A DNA stretch of 64,000 nt from Klebsormidium nitens (taxonomy: Eukaryota; Plantae; Klebsormidiophyceae). The position numbers and the translations under genes were made by a program. The DNA lies in NCBI GenBank assembly GCA_000708835.1, contig DF237356.1, forward strand, positions 1 to 64,000, in the 5' to 3' direction. Shown in pieces: positions 47,660 to 60,800 of the stretch (the stretch's first letter is position 1; each line of letters starts with the position of its first letter). The notes under the pieces are model-generated. The model made no database searches, had not been told where the DNA came from, and was given only the letters and a program-made list of their open reading frames with translations.

Positions 47660-50600
47660 ATGTCGCAGGTGGACATTCTCCAGCTGTCTGAATCGCACCA
47701 GGACTTCAGCAACTTCGATCCTGAGCACCGATTTGAGGATGCATTTTCACCAGCTGAGACGAGGCAGGTCCAGGTGCTTCTTTGGGACCATGTGAAGACG
47801 CTGCTTCAGGAGGCTGAGCAAGAAGAGGTCAAGAGAGCACTTGGGGCAGCAGCGATCGAAGAGAATGAGCAGCTCTTCAGGGAGGCTGCGAGCTTGGAGG
47901 AGATCCTGGGGGACTTGCAGCGGGGTGGGGAGAAGCAGGCTGAGGTGCAGAGGCTGTTTGAGACTCCGGCGAGGAGCCTGGTGAGCTCTTAAATCTCTGC
48001 TTTGGTTTCTCATCTTCGTTTCTTCCAGCTTTGTCGTGGTTTGTGGTCCGTGGGAATTTGCATTCTTGTCGCTAGATATAGAGCGGACGCTTTTTGGGTT
48101 GCGCAATCTGGCCTCCTTTGCCAAACCAGCAAAGCGAGTTGAGCTATGGAATTGTTATGCAGATAGACACCGTAAACCATGACGTCTAAGGAGTTTGTTC
48201 TGACATCTGTCTTTATGTACACACAGCGGTTTAAATGATGATTGCCCACAGTCTCTCCAATCTCCCTTTGAAAGCAAGAAGGCCGTCAGCTTTTCACAAA
48301 CTTTGTGACTAGCGATCAGTCTCGATTAGAGTTTCAGTTTGGCTGCTATCTAATCAAGAACATGGCCCAATTTTGACCCAAGCGAACATGAGGACTTCTC
48401 CATGCCTCTTGATATACTGCTCACCACCACGGAGACAAACGAATCTAACAAGGATTTACACTCCAAGAGAAGCGGAACACAGTGCCAATTGCAAACTTGA
48501 GCAAGGTCGTCTTCTTATTCTCCCCAGGTTGAGGATGAGATCCGGCTCCTCCTTGAAGCACTCCACCGGTCCAGCTCTGAAGACGTTCCAAACACCCAGT
48601 TCGACAATCGCTTTCCCGAACCCCTCCCTGACGAGCCACAGGAATCAGACAACTTGGACTCTCCTGAGAGCCCCTCGGAGTCCTTCTACTTCGTCAAAGC
48701 GCCAACGCCACAAGCGAGCAAGTCAGCCAGTATTGGGACTCAGCACTCGCTGCCAACTGATCGCAGCTCGCCAACAGCTTCTAACAACTTCCCAACGACT
48801 TATGCTCACCTGCCGGCCGCTTATAGCAGCCTTCCTAGTCGGAGGGACTGCCACAGCGCTCCGATCCCTGTCCAGAATGCAAAAGACAAGCAGATCTTTG
48901 AGTATCTCACAGCTCGGCCCGCATCTAGCGGATCCGTACGGCCTCGGACGTCCGACGGGCGAAGCCTTCTCCGTCCGGGCACTGCACACCTCCCGCGTCC
49001 CGAGACCTCGGGGGGTGTACTTCTAAATCCACTCCCGAGACCGCAAACCGCGGCTGTTCGTTACTTTCCAGACGATTGTGGACGGTTCCTCACGGGACAG
49101 AGCTTGGATTCTCCTGTTTGGGAGCGTCCGTCGAGCGCCACATCTTACGGAGGTGCATCTTCTAGGAATTCACGTGCTGACCCCATAGAAAGCCCGCGGT
49201 GTTCTGTACGAGCAACTGAAACGAACGGTCCCGCAAGTTCTTCGGGGCTTAACCAGCGGGGCGTAGAGTCGGGCGGTTCTTCGAGACCGGGGTCACAACG
49301 AGGGCGGGCGCTCTCGAGAAGTTCAGACGGTTCGGACCGCAAGGCAGACGGTTCGGACCGGGGGGTGGGTAGCAGACCGGGCACCGGAAGCTCCCTCGGG
49401 GGGCATCAATCGAGGCAGATCGTAGAGGCTGTGGCTGACCGGTTGAACGTGTTTGAGGTCGGGGCGGTGGCGGCGCCTCTGCAAAGGGCGCTGGCAGATG
49501 AGCGGGTAAGTCCGTCCCGAAATTACGCACTTTTTCTTGGTCTACTTGCACTTTTATCTTTTACACCAGCGCTGTCTTGGTAGTGGGCGTGCGAGGTGTC
49601 AAAGAAACCATTCGGGGTTTGGCTGTGGTATCGTCGGCCAGAACTCGGCATAAGTTCCGGTCAGGCCAGGTATGTTGCTCGCCCGTGCTGTGATGAAATG
49701 GAACTTCAGAAGGAAGGAATACGCACCCCGTGTTGCTTACTAAGCACCACCTCCACGGTAGCTGGAAATTTGGATTCGTAAAATGGCAAAACCAGTCATA
49801 AATAAATTGAGCGCCGATGTATCCGCAAAAATGGCGCTTGCCACGGTTCTTCCGACCATGTCGTGCGCGGATTGCTCGCATCAGACATGACCGACAGATT
49901 TAGCATACCGCACAAAAAGCAGATCTTACACTGGCATGTCCTCTGATTGTTGACGAATTGCTTCAAGAGGGCGCTAAGCAGGTGGTTGTGCGGCGGTCCC
50001 TGTGCGAGAAGAGAAGGGCATCACATCTGACCATGTTATGGCGACCAGATTATTGGCACACGGGCCATCTGGTCGCCGCAGCGTTACGGGCCACAAAACG
50101 TTAAAGCTTAACACGCTGTAACCTACACCCCTTGAATGCAGGCGGCACTCTTGGAGGACATCGAGTGCCTGCACCAACTGATTGACGAGGAGGCGGAGTC
50201 GCATCATAAGGTGACTGTCTGCCCCGGCGACGCGCTGAGAGCGTGCTGACGTTGTTTTCTGCGTTGGCTGACGTTACAATTTGTCTCTCGCGTTAGCTTC
50301 GCAGCAATAATTTTAACCGTTTCGTAGGCCGGATCATTGTATGGTCTTGCCGACCAAGCCGGAAAAGCAGATTTGCTGGAGCAGAACAACAGTCACTTGG
50401 CAATTGCACGACGAAGTGCAGAGTGCGGGAAGAAGGACAACGGACTGCCTCACCGAAACGATGTTTGAACGTGTGAGGTTAACCTTTGAGAAGAGAAATT
50501 GGCGAAGAACTGGCTTTTGCTTGTATGTCAACCGAACCGGCTTACGTGCAGATCGGAAGGAGTTTGTTTGTCCGGCTTTCTTTGAGCCTTGCCATCTGTG

Positions 50601-51722
50601 TTTTAGATCTGCTCAGTTTGATAAGCTGGCTACTCAATTGCAGGCACAACCGTCGCTTGCTTCCGGACTGCCTTCCAAGAAAGCCTCGGTCCCTGGACTG
50701 TTTTCGTTCGTTCAGGTGCTTTGGACTGCGACTGTGGGATTGAAAAATTTTCTTCGCATTGCCGTGTCTGTGAGTCGAGCTTCTGCGTCTTGGTATCAAG
50801 TCCGTCCCCAGCACTCAAGGTGTCCCCAACCTAGTTCTTAGCTCAGAAGCTCTGGAAGAAGCGTGGCCCAATGAGCAGATCATCCGGCAGACAATCGAGT
50901 GCTCAGCAAACGCAGCGACCTCCTGGTTTGCTGTTGAAACCCAGGTCGAGTCAGCTGGCATCTCAATTTGGCCTCGCACAGTCTTTCTTTTTCCGTCCTC
51001 AACCTCCAGCCTTGGCCGTCGTGGCAAGCGCATTTATCCAGGTTCCAACAAAGTACCTTGTACAAAAGGGAAACCAAAATGCTGACAGATTCGGTTGGCG
51101 GCGGCTCTTGCAGGCGTCGCGGCCGCCCCCGTCCATCAAAGATTTGCGCGACTACGGCGCGCGCCTGGAGGCGTCCCTGCGCGCGCACATCGTAGAGGCC
51201 AATCTGACGCGCGAGCGGGCGTCACCGGCTCGGACCAGTAAGCAGATCGCTAGTGAGGCGAGAAACGGGAGGACTGGGGAATCCAGATTAGCAAGTCCTC
51301 GGAAAGTCGCGGAGCAACATAGCGCTGGAGGTTGGGAAGCGGGTACTAGGACCGACGGGCCTCGAGGTGACGGAATCAGCAAAGAAGAGGGAGTGAGACG
51401 TAATGGCGTTGATCGTCACATGACCGCAAACTGCGCCGGAGTTGACAGCCACAAGGGGGAATTGCAGAGAAGCAACGGTTGTGGGCGTACACAACAATCA
51501 GAGAAGAAGTCAAATGCGTTGAAACATGTTACGACCATCAAGGTGGATCGACTGGAACAGTTGCCTGTTTCAGTCGGAGACGAGGATGCGTCAGGGGAGC
51601 GCTGGAGCCCTAGCATGAAACGGACGTCCTCAAGCAAAGTTCGGAAGTTTCGCAGTTTCGTGATGGACTTGCAGACCGAAGCCTCTGGCGCTGCGTCGCT
51701 GTGTCGAGCAGAAATAACCTGA
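47660..51722 (+). CDS. CCDC24: CCDC24-like coiled-coil protein
   Basis: Exons 47660-47980 (LLWDHVKTLLQEAEQEEVKRALGAAAIEENEQLFREAASLEEIL), 48528-49505 (VEDEIRLLLEAL...VADRLNVFEVGAVAAPLQRALADE), 50142-50210 (AALLEDIECLHQLIDEE) and 51114-51722 (PSIKDLRDYGARLE). These match four recalled CCDC24 blocks (SLWELVEEH...[57 protein letters not shown]). An extra exon between 50210 and 51114 cannot be excluded. Confidence 0.62.
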
Positions 51723-53252
51723 AAGAGTCTCTTTGCTTCTGTAAGCGAAAGTGCTAACGGCGTACTAAGAAAGAAACGCAGGATCTGCCAACGACTTTCA
51801 GGCAACTTAGATCACAACGTGGCAACTCGTCTACAATTGCAAGGTGATTGTCCGCCTGCATAGGTAGTAGTGACGGCTCCTTGGTACGTCCGTGCATTTG
51901 CGAGGCTGTTGCGCGCCATACCTTGAAGCCTTGATCGCACTGTGTGAGATCTCCAGAGGGGCTGAAACCAGGCTGTGCAATCAGCGCGGTCCATTCGATG
52001 TATCTGATACCAGTTGGCTGACAGAACGTGACTCAGTTTCGGGCCAATGTGGCACAGGTCGATGATCCACAAGGCGGCCAGGCTCGACTCAGCGCCAAAG
52101 CATGTGCGAATGTTTGCACCAAACGGCGATTCAATTGACTAAAAGATGCATCAGATGTCGCGCTCAGGTTGTCAAGTTCTTAGTGACATGTTACACGTTA
52201 TGAGGCTCTTTTGAATTCAATTTTGAAAGAGCCTCATTGCTCTAGTTAACATGCATAGCAATCAGTGAGTGACTAATATGCCACCAAAAAGAAAGCGATA
52301 TGCGCGACGTACATGCACTATAGTAAGCTATCATTCTGGCACGTTGATCAGGCATGATCGAGAATCGAAACGTGTGATGCAGACTTCGTGTCGAATTGGG
52401 AAACTAGTTCTACACCTATACTAAGCTGCACAAAGCATGTAATATGCGGGGCCCTCAAGGAGGCTGTTCTTTCAACCGCTATAATGCATCATGGCCACTG
52501 CACTTATGCATAAAGAAGGACATGATCACAAGTATGAGCTCAACTGATCGTTGACAAGCTTGCAAAGCATGCTTTGTTGCTCAAAAGATGCAGGAAATTG
52601 ATAACTCAACCTGATTTAGCTTTCAAGGCTGCTCAGTTTGTTGGACATTGCGTTCAGAGTCCTGAGTAGAAATCTGAAAACTTGGTGCTTGTTGTAGGGC
52701 TGTAACCTAGCTCTGCATTCAGAATGAATGTGTAACAACCACAAAGGGCCGTTGGTCAATTGTGCTACCTAAGTATATCATAGAGTGCCTTTTTCGATTT
52801 GTCTGTAGAACAGGGACCTATGTACAACTCCTTGCTACGTAATCACTATACTTTCAACTCGAGTTCTCACAACCGCGGAGGGCGCGTAAACTGTTACTAT
52901 TGTACTCCACTGCGGATACTCTCAGAAAAGTGTCGAGTCAATCCTGAACTTGACCCTGTGTTGTAGCTCTTATTTGCATCCCAGCATTGCCTAGTATACC
53001 TGCAGAAGAAGCAGTAAGCAAAGGTTGGTCCCTGAAGTAGATAGTCATCCAGCTTGAAGAAGCAGGACCAGTCCATCCACAGGTTGATGTCAGATATACT
53101 ATCAAACAGGCCAGTGAATGCTGTGCCTACTCAAGAGAGGCTCGCAAATGTACGAGAGACCTGTGTACCATGCACAAGGACTCCAGTGAATGCTACAAAA
53201 ACAGGATTCCAGAAAAAACCTTACATGCTCAAAGAATGCTCTCAATGTTGAC

Positions 53253-54046
53253 CTAGTTCCCGAACAAGTAGCCCAGTGAAGAACCCCCTCCTGGAGCAGC
53301 TAGAACCTTCGACGTTGGACGATCCTGTACACAGAGTGGAAACACTAATCAGGAATCCAGAAGAGCATTTTGCAGCGGAGACAGAATGGCAGACTCGGGT
53401 GCAATCCTGAAAGGCAACACACCTTCAAAGGTACTTTAGCAAATGCATACCATCTTCTGTAGGGACATTAGGGAGACAGTCTGCTGATTCTCTGAGCCTC
53501 CTTGTTCACTGAGTGCTCTGAGGCTCAAAACTTAAAGTCTTTCCTCTTCAAAATGGCGTCTTGGCCTCTTGCACTGCACACACATGCTTGACTCGTCCAA
53601 TCTGCTTGCCAATGACGTCAAAGATGCTCAGGTTTACTGACGTACAGAAGATTAGAAACCTATGACCTTTTGGAATTTGAGGGAGCTTTCTGGAAATAAG
53701 GAGGGCACGGTTTCTTGATAAAATACAGCAGCTATCTTACCGTGATAAAGTTGCCGGTGTTCTGACCCTCGACCCTGACATAGTTGTTGTTGTTCCTCCC
53801 CAATTGCTCTGGCTTCTTGTATTCGCTGAAGGACAGAGAGTTATGGCTTTCATTTGCTGCAATCAGGTTGGGCTCCTGGTGAGCGAGAGGCGCAGAGGTC
53901 TGAGTGCCAGGCTTAGCAGTCACTTCCGCCTGCTCGCGGACCCTCCCCCTCCCACCCTTGGTGTAAGGGGCCACTGGCTCCTCTCCGCCTCCAAAGAGAT
54001 AGTTCAGCTGGCTGCTCCCGCCGCCGGACATCTGACCACGACCCAT
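53253..54046 (-). CDS. SPR1: SPIRAL1-like microtubule plus-end-associated protein
   Basis: Exon 53741-54046 MGRGQMSGGGSSQLNYLFGG...NNNYVRVEGQNTGNFIT joins exon 53253-53324 DRPTSKVLAAPGGGSSLGYLFGN-stop. These are the diagnostic SPR1 N- and C-terminal motifs. Confidence 0.93.
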
Positions 54047-54844
54047 GGCGAAGCCTGAGCGGTTGAGAGCGGAAGGTGAAGTAAGGCTGGGAGATGCTGA
54101 TGCGTGGAAAACTCCTGTGACTGCTGCAAAAAGGCGCCTGCTGAGGAATGATTCGGAAGAATGCTCTTTTTGTTGCTGAAAAGTTGTGTGATATTTTCCG
54201 CAGAATCTTCCTCTCTTGAACAGGCGGTTGGACGCGGACAAGGACTTGACTCGAGGTCGGTTGCGACACAGGGGCAGAGAACTGTCCGTTGAGTCGCACT
54301 TGTGTCTCATCTCGATCGTCCGTTGGGCCACGTCAAAAGAAGTCGTTGGTAATGGACGGATGACGATGAAGTTGCTGGATCACTCGTAACGACTTCAAGT
54401 TCAAAAGTGGCGAGCACTCAGCAGTCCTACCAAATTGAGCACTGGTGACTGCCGCTGACTCTCGAGTCTCGAGTCTGGCACAGCCTGGCAAAGCACTTTT
54501 CATCGGAGATTCCGAGAAGACTTTTGGGCCCCGGCCCCCTACGTTGATGAGAGGACTAGCCAAGCAAAGCCTGGTTTCTGTGCAACTAGAGCGGCCGTAA
54601 AGTCAATCTAGGAACGTTCAAGGGCCCTGCACCACCTTCCAAGTTGAAGTTTCTTCTTTTGAAGATGCTTTTGCAAGTCAGTTTGTGGACAAAGTGCAGC
54701 AGGTGTAGCATGGTTGAAGGGGGCTAGTGTGTTAGCAAACATATGCTCTGCATCAAAATCGCATCTAAGCTTCAGCATGACATCTCATGTCTATCTATGA
54801 GAACGTAGAATGAGGCAGGCGCCGTAAGGTGAAGTGCAGGCAGG
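54047..54844. promoter_or_regulatory. Putative shared (bidirectional) promoter region between SPR1 and kinesin-4
   Basis: The two start codons are divergent and 798 bp apart. No specific elements were identified. Confidence 0.4.
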
Positions 54845-57800
54845 ATGGGGGAAGGGGAGGGTGGCCCTGTGCACTACGAGCTTGAGGATGTCTCAAGTCA
54901 GAACGTCAAGGTGGCCTTGAATATACGACCACTCATTGCGCAGGAACAGATTGAAGGATGCAGCGAGTGCATCACTGTGATTCTTGGAGAACCACAGGTA
55001 AAGTACAGGGTTTCTATCTTGTTTCGATATGGCCTGCATTTGGTAATTGGAAGTTGGCCTTGAGTTGGCATGCGCATAATCAGTATGCATGTCGGAATGG
55101 TTGATTGCTTTGAAATCAAACGGCGGGGAGCCTGGTGAAAGTAGGACTGCACAATTTTCGGTGCTTGGCAGCAATCGACTTTCAAGTAGTGTCCACGTGT
55201 ATTTTGCACACCGAAGCAAAAAGCTCGGTGACGATCAAGCGGTGTTCTTCGCAGCTGCCACTTTGTGCCAAGTTTATAAGACTAGACCTCCAAGAAAGTC
55301 AGAAGTTGCTTTTCTGAGAGGGTTTTTTGGACTAAAGCTAGACATCACCCCAATCTGTCCCAATGACCTCATGGCTTCTCTTCTTTCAGGTGCAACTTGG
55401 CCCAGAGCGAGTGTTCACTTATGACTCTGTCTACGGATCTCTCGGGAAGCCTTTAAGCTACCTCTTTAAAGATTGTGTTGCGCCACTGGTGGAAGGGTTA
55501 TTCGGGGGATATAATGGCACCGTGCTTGCGTACGGGCAGACAGGTTAGTAAAAAGGGTTTCGTAGTGAGTGCGGAGCGCAGCATCCACCTCAGTGGTTGT
55601 AATTGGCAAGACTGTGATCCAAGCATTTGGCAAGGTACATTGTCAGTGACGCTTGTGTGTGGCAATAAATTGCCCCACTGCAACAGAAGCCAACCAGTTC
55701 AAGATGCAAGATGCTTGAGAAAATTCTTCAGCTTGGGCTTACTGCTAGCTTTCACCATCACCAGGCCCTTTTCTCAACTAAGTGGCAAGGACCTTCCTGC
55801 AGGGTCTGGTAAAACCTACACGATGGGGAGCGGTTACACTGTCGGTGGAAGCAACAGCGGCGTCATCCCGCAGGCCATGAAAATGCTGTTTGAATTGGTG
55901 GAAAGCAAGAAAGGAAAGGCAGAGTTTCAAATCAGAGTTTCCTACATTGAGGTAAGCTTGGTATCTGGAAGATGAAGAATCGTTTTAATTCAAGAAATGA
56001 AACCGGACATGAGGTTGTTGCAACGCACTCACCGGCTGTCAATCAGAATAGCCTCTCCTACCAGTTTCTAGTACATCCTTACCGAAGGGACAGACTGTCG
56101 CAAAAGAAACGCTTTCAAACAAAAGATCCGCTCAGTGCTTGTCGAATCCTGATGTCATCAAACTCTTCCAAATCCAATATTTTCTCAAGCCGGCAGAGTT
56201 TATCGGCTCTGCCACAACAGAACGTCTTTCACGAAATCATAAGAGACGAGCCCCAGCTGCAGCGGATGGCCAGCCAACAACTTCGCGAACAAGAAGCTCC
56301 TGGCCCAACATCTCCTTCTTGCAATCACAGATACACAAGGAGGACGTCAGAGACCTGCTGGACCTGGTGTCTAACATCCAGCCATCCAGCAAGGCCCCCT
56401 CGGCCCCCGCTGTTCCGTCCTGCAAAGCCCCTATCTCAATCCGCGAAACCAGTGATGGAGGGATCACCCTAGCTGGGGTAACAGAAATGGACGTCCGCTC
56501 GATCGCTGAGATGGCGGCCTGCTTGGAGCAGGGGTCGCTGTGCAGAGCCACTGGGAGCACAAGCATGAACAGCCACTCGAGGTGAGCGAGTCCCTAGGAT
56601 GTGACTGGCCCCTCCATGACGTTCCTTCTTGTCATTTCAATGAAGAGTTTCGAGGGGTCATTCTAGGGGCGTCGAACTGCCAGATACCGAGGACGGGCTT
56701 CCGTTGCCTAGTCAGGACCCCACCTTAGATATTTCTCACTTTGGTCGATGGGGTCAATGCTGAACATGCGTCATTTGTCACCGTTGATCTGGGGTGTAGC
56801 CATGCACTTTCGAGTTAGTAGCACCGAAGGCCAGATTTTATGTCCTCGAGCTCTCTCGAGTCGAATGCAGCTCGCAACCTATTGTTCTTTAAGTGCGTAT
56901 GGATTTTCCAAAAGCGGACATAATTCTCGGTTCATTGATGAAACTTTCCCAATTCATCTCGCCTGGAACATTCTCTTCGAGGTCGACCGACAGTGCTCTT
57001 GTGTCCTGCAGCCGCTCGCACGCTATCTTCACGATTACACTGGAGCAGCGTCAGAAACTGGGAGCCGGTGACCTTGCCTCCAGTTCCAGTCCCGTGGTCG
57101 ACGAAGACCACCTATGTGCAAAGCTGCACCTTGTAGACCTGGCAGGCTCGGAACGGGCCAAGAGGACGAAGGCAGATGGGCAAAGGTTGCAGGAAGGTAT
57201 GCAAAGAGCTGACACTGTGAAGGGCCTGCAGGCCAGTTTGCTTGCTTTTCAATGCTCGAAGGAAGATCCGAATCCGACTCTCTCAACTGATGACCAAGTT
57301 GTTGTCGCATTTCTGGACGGCAATATCCAGGTCATATTACACACGAATTGAGTACTCAATGGCCTCTCAAAGGCGTTAAGCAAAGCCTTCTTGTACGTCA
57401 TGCAGGCATACACATCAACAAAGGGCTGCTTGCCCTGGGCAACGTCATCAGTGCCCTCGGGGACGAGAAGAAGCGAAAGGAGGGAGGGCACGTGCCATAC
57501 CGCGACAGCAAGCTGACTCGGCTGCTGCAAGACTCGCTAGGAGGAAATAGTCGGACGGTCATGATCGGTGAGATATATTCTCTTTCCTTGTTTGACACTG
57601 CAAGGTTGAGTAACTTAGAGCAATCGGGCTACACGATGGCGTTTGCTTCCAGTTCTCGCAAAACCAGCTGATTTGGGTACAAATTCCTCATTAGATTGCC
57701 TTATCCTTGGAAACTTTTATTCAGTCAGGGAGGTGATCCTCCCCCAAACGTTTCTCTCCTCAGGAAGAATTTCAGACTGCAAAGATTGTCTTTGTCAAGG

Positions 57801-60800
57801 CTCCTGACTTTTGAACATTCTGGAACCGTGCTTTGCTTGGTTCTGGCTCATATCAGCCTGTCCATTGTGCGCGCAGCATGCGTCAGCCCGGCAGACGTCA
57901 ATCTGGACGAGACGCTCAACACGCTCAAGTACGCCAACCGGGCTCGCAACATCAAGAACAAGCCTGTGGTAAGTACGCTCGTTGGGAGACTCAGCTTATC
58001 CAACTGCTCCGAGTCTGAAGGGCCAGCTACTTGTTCACAAGCAAGGTTCTGTTTTCATGTCTCTATAGCTATCTGCTGATAGATGTCTCTCGTCCTCTTG
58101 TTAGTCTATTGACACACGGTTTTGTCTTCCCTTTTGCTTTCCGGGCTTTCATTCCGGGGGAATACTCTACTTGGCTCCTTTTCTTTCCATTCCAACAAAT
58201 ACTTTACTTTTCATCTGTTGGTGTGACGAGTATCAGCGGGATTTCTGGTTTCTCATCATCTCAGGTAAACCGAGACGCATCGTCAGCCGAGGTGGCCCGG
58301 CTCCGGCAGCAGCTGCAGCTCATTCAAGCGGAGCTCTTCTGCTCCCAGGCCGCTGGCGGGGGCGACTCGCAGGTAAGCCACAGCTCGACCTCTAGACGTA
58401 GGATTTGAAGTCCTTGCCATCTTCTCGTCCAAGAAATTCTTCGCACTACTTGACAACGGCACCCGCGAAGATGCGCTTCTGCTATGATATTTCAAGTGAA
58501 GGACTTGAAAGGCTCTTGTGATGGCTTTCAGTCCGCCCGGATGTCTGCACAACCAGCCCGCTAAATGATTGCCATGCAACATTGACCATGCTCCCTTGCA
58601 CGAGTATGTTTACTGATTTCTCATTAGCACGAGGTCTTCAGAAGCACGAGGTTTTAGGGTCAATGGGAACGCGGTTTGAGGAAATTTCGAACCTATGAAC
58701 GGTCTCACGGTTTCCGTCCGACTCCACAGGCACTCCGGCAGCACATCAGTCAACTAGAGACGGACAATGCAAAGCTCCGCTGTGACGTACGGATGGCGCA
58801 GCTGGCCACTAAAGCAGCAGAAGCGAAGGTGTCGGATGCGCAGACGGAGCGCGACCGCGTCCGGCTGCAGCTCGAGGCCTTGCAAAATGGGGGCTCCGTG
58901 GAGGATGCTGAAAAGGTAAAAGAATGAAACGGTCTCGCTGCTCGACGTCCAGTAAAGGCGTTCGTGCGTCCGCGGTAGTGGAGGAAGCGCAAACAAACTC
59001 TGCATGATTGTCAACCTCTTTGGCGACAACGAGAGGAGCCGTGGCTTTCGATGCTTGATGCACGACTGGTGTTGGCAATCCTGTGGCGCTCAGGATTTGT
59101 GAGCTGAACAGTTTTCGGACTTCTCTACAGGAGCGTCCAGAATGTGAATCGTCCTTAAGCTCTCTCGTAGATCACCTCCCCTCGTATTCTGTCTAGCATT
59201 GAACCTGTAACGGATTCTTTGTCCATCAGTGCAAACCAAATCCTCTGTGGAGAGCCATCTGGTGCCCATCCGGCAACTCACTATCGTCCTCCATCAAAGA
59301 TATGCAAAGGAAACTCTCCCCGAGAAAGCGGCCATAGCCGGTTGTCCCCAAACCCAACTCGTGAATCACCTCCCCCCACAATATGGTTAAATCTAAACCT
59401 CACCCCGCAGACCATGTCCGTTGTGGAGGGCCACCTGGCGACCATCCGGCACCTCGAGGCGCAGCTCCAGGACGTGAGGCTCCGGCAGGGGTCCCGCCCC
59501 AGTTCCGCCGTTCCGGGCCGCACCTTTTCCGTTCCGGCCTCGTTCGACACCGACAGCCCCACCGGCTTGGCGACGCCCCCTACTGGACTGGCGGGAGAGA
59601 ACGATAGCCCGATGCCGGGAGAGACACGTGAGTAGTGTAAATGAATGCGGCTTTATACAGATCTATTTTGTAGTAAGGATCGGCACCGCGCCTGTCTGCC
59701 TGTTGACTAAGGCGACTAAGGTAGGGTCTTGTCAATGTGAAGTCCTGCACATCGTGGGGCGCAAGTCGATCAACTCTTGACGCTTATGAGTAGCTCTCCA
59801 TTCTAGGCACTCGTCGTTGAAGCATAAATGTATGCTCCTGAGACGCAAACCTCTGCGTCAAAAACTTAGGTACTGGTCGAAAAGAAACGCCCTCGCGGAG
59901 CTCACTTCCAATGCACCGGCCGTGAAACCTTCTTCATTTTTTTGGGGAGTCTGGTCGAAACCCGTTTTGCCATCCTTGCAGCTTCGTGTCTCAACTCAAC
60001 GATGGCTGGCCCACTCCGTTTTTCGTCTTGCAGTCGAAGAGTGCGCTGCTCGGGAAGAAGCGGAAGCCCTAGCGGAGGCGAAAGGGTGGGAGCATCGACT
60101 GGCCCAAGAGAGAATGGACCAAGAGCTGCAGGACCTAAACAGGAAGCTCGAGGAAAAAGAGGTAGGATAGACCGGCAACTTTGATCTAAAATCTGCAGAA
60201 TCAGATGTGTCTCGTTCGGCAACGTCTGGATAGGATATAAGCTTGAGCTCCGGTTCGCGACACCCAAGACCCTGCTTTCCGGACCCTTCGACCGTATTAA
60301 CGACGTCGAAGGTCTTCTCGCTCGCGCCTGCAAAATTTACATCCGATGAGAGAATCATTTGTTTGTAGACACTACTTTCTTGTTCAGGGAGCGCGTCAAA
60401 AGAACCCACTTCATCTGCTAACCCTTCCGCCTTTAAGCAGCCTGGGGCACCGCAGACCGCAACCATCGAGGTGGAAAGTATGCTTGATCAGCCGCGGTCG
60501 ACACTTATTTTAAACCAAATCGGCCCGGCTGTCTTAATCTCGTCTACTTTGGTACAGGCACAAATGACTCGGGCAGCGTCTAGCGACCAGCGAATGCTGA
60601 CTTTGAAGGCCCACTACGAGCGTGTGCTGAAGGAGATGGAAGAGGAACGGCAGACCCTTCAGGTACTTTGTAAGAGGACTTTGGTTGTCGTACAGCAATG
60701 TCTGGAAATTGACTCAGAATAAGGTGATGTGGAACTTTTTGCTCGTAAGGCGCCCCTCAGTGATGGACCGGATTGTACGGGTTGACTATTGAAACTAAGA

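Noticed and set aside
42712-52329. Shared 12-mer ctatagtaagct at 42712 and 52318 in two intergenic patches
   Set aside because: Chance 12-mer matches are expected many times in 64 kb, and the flanks do not align.
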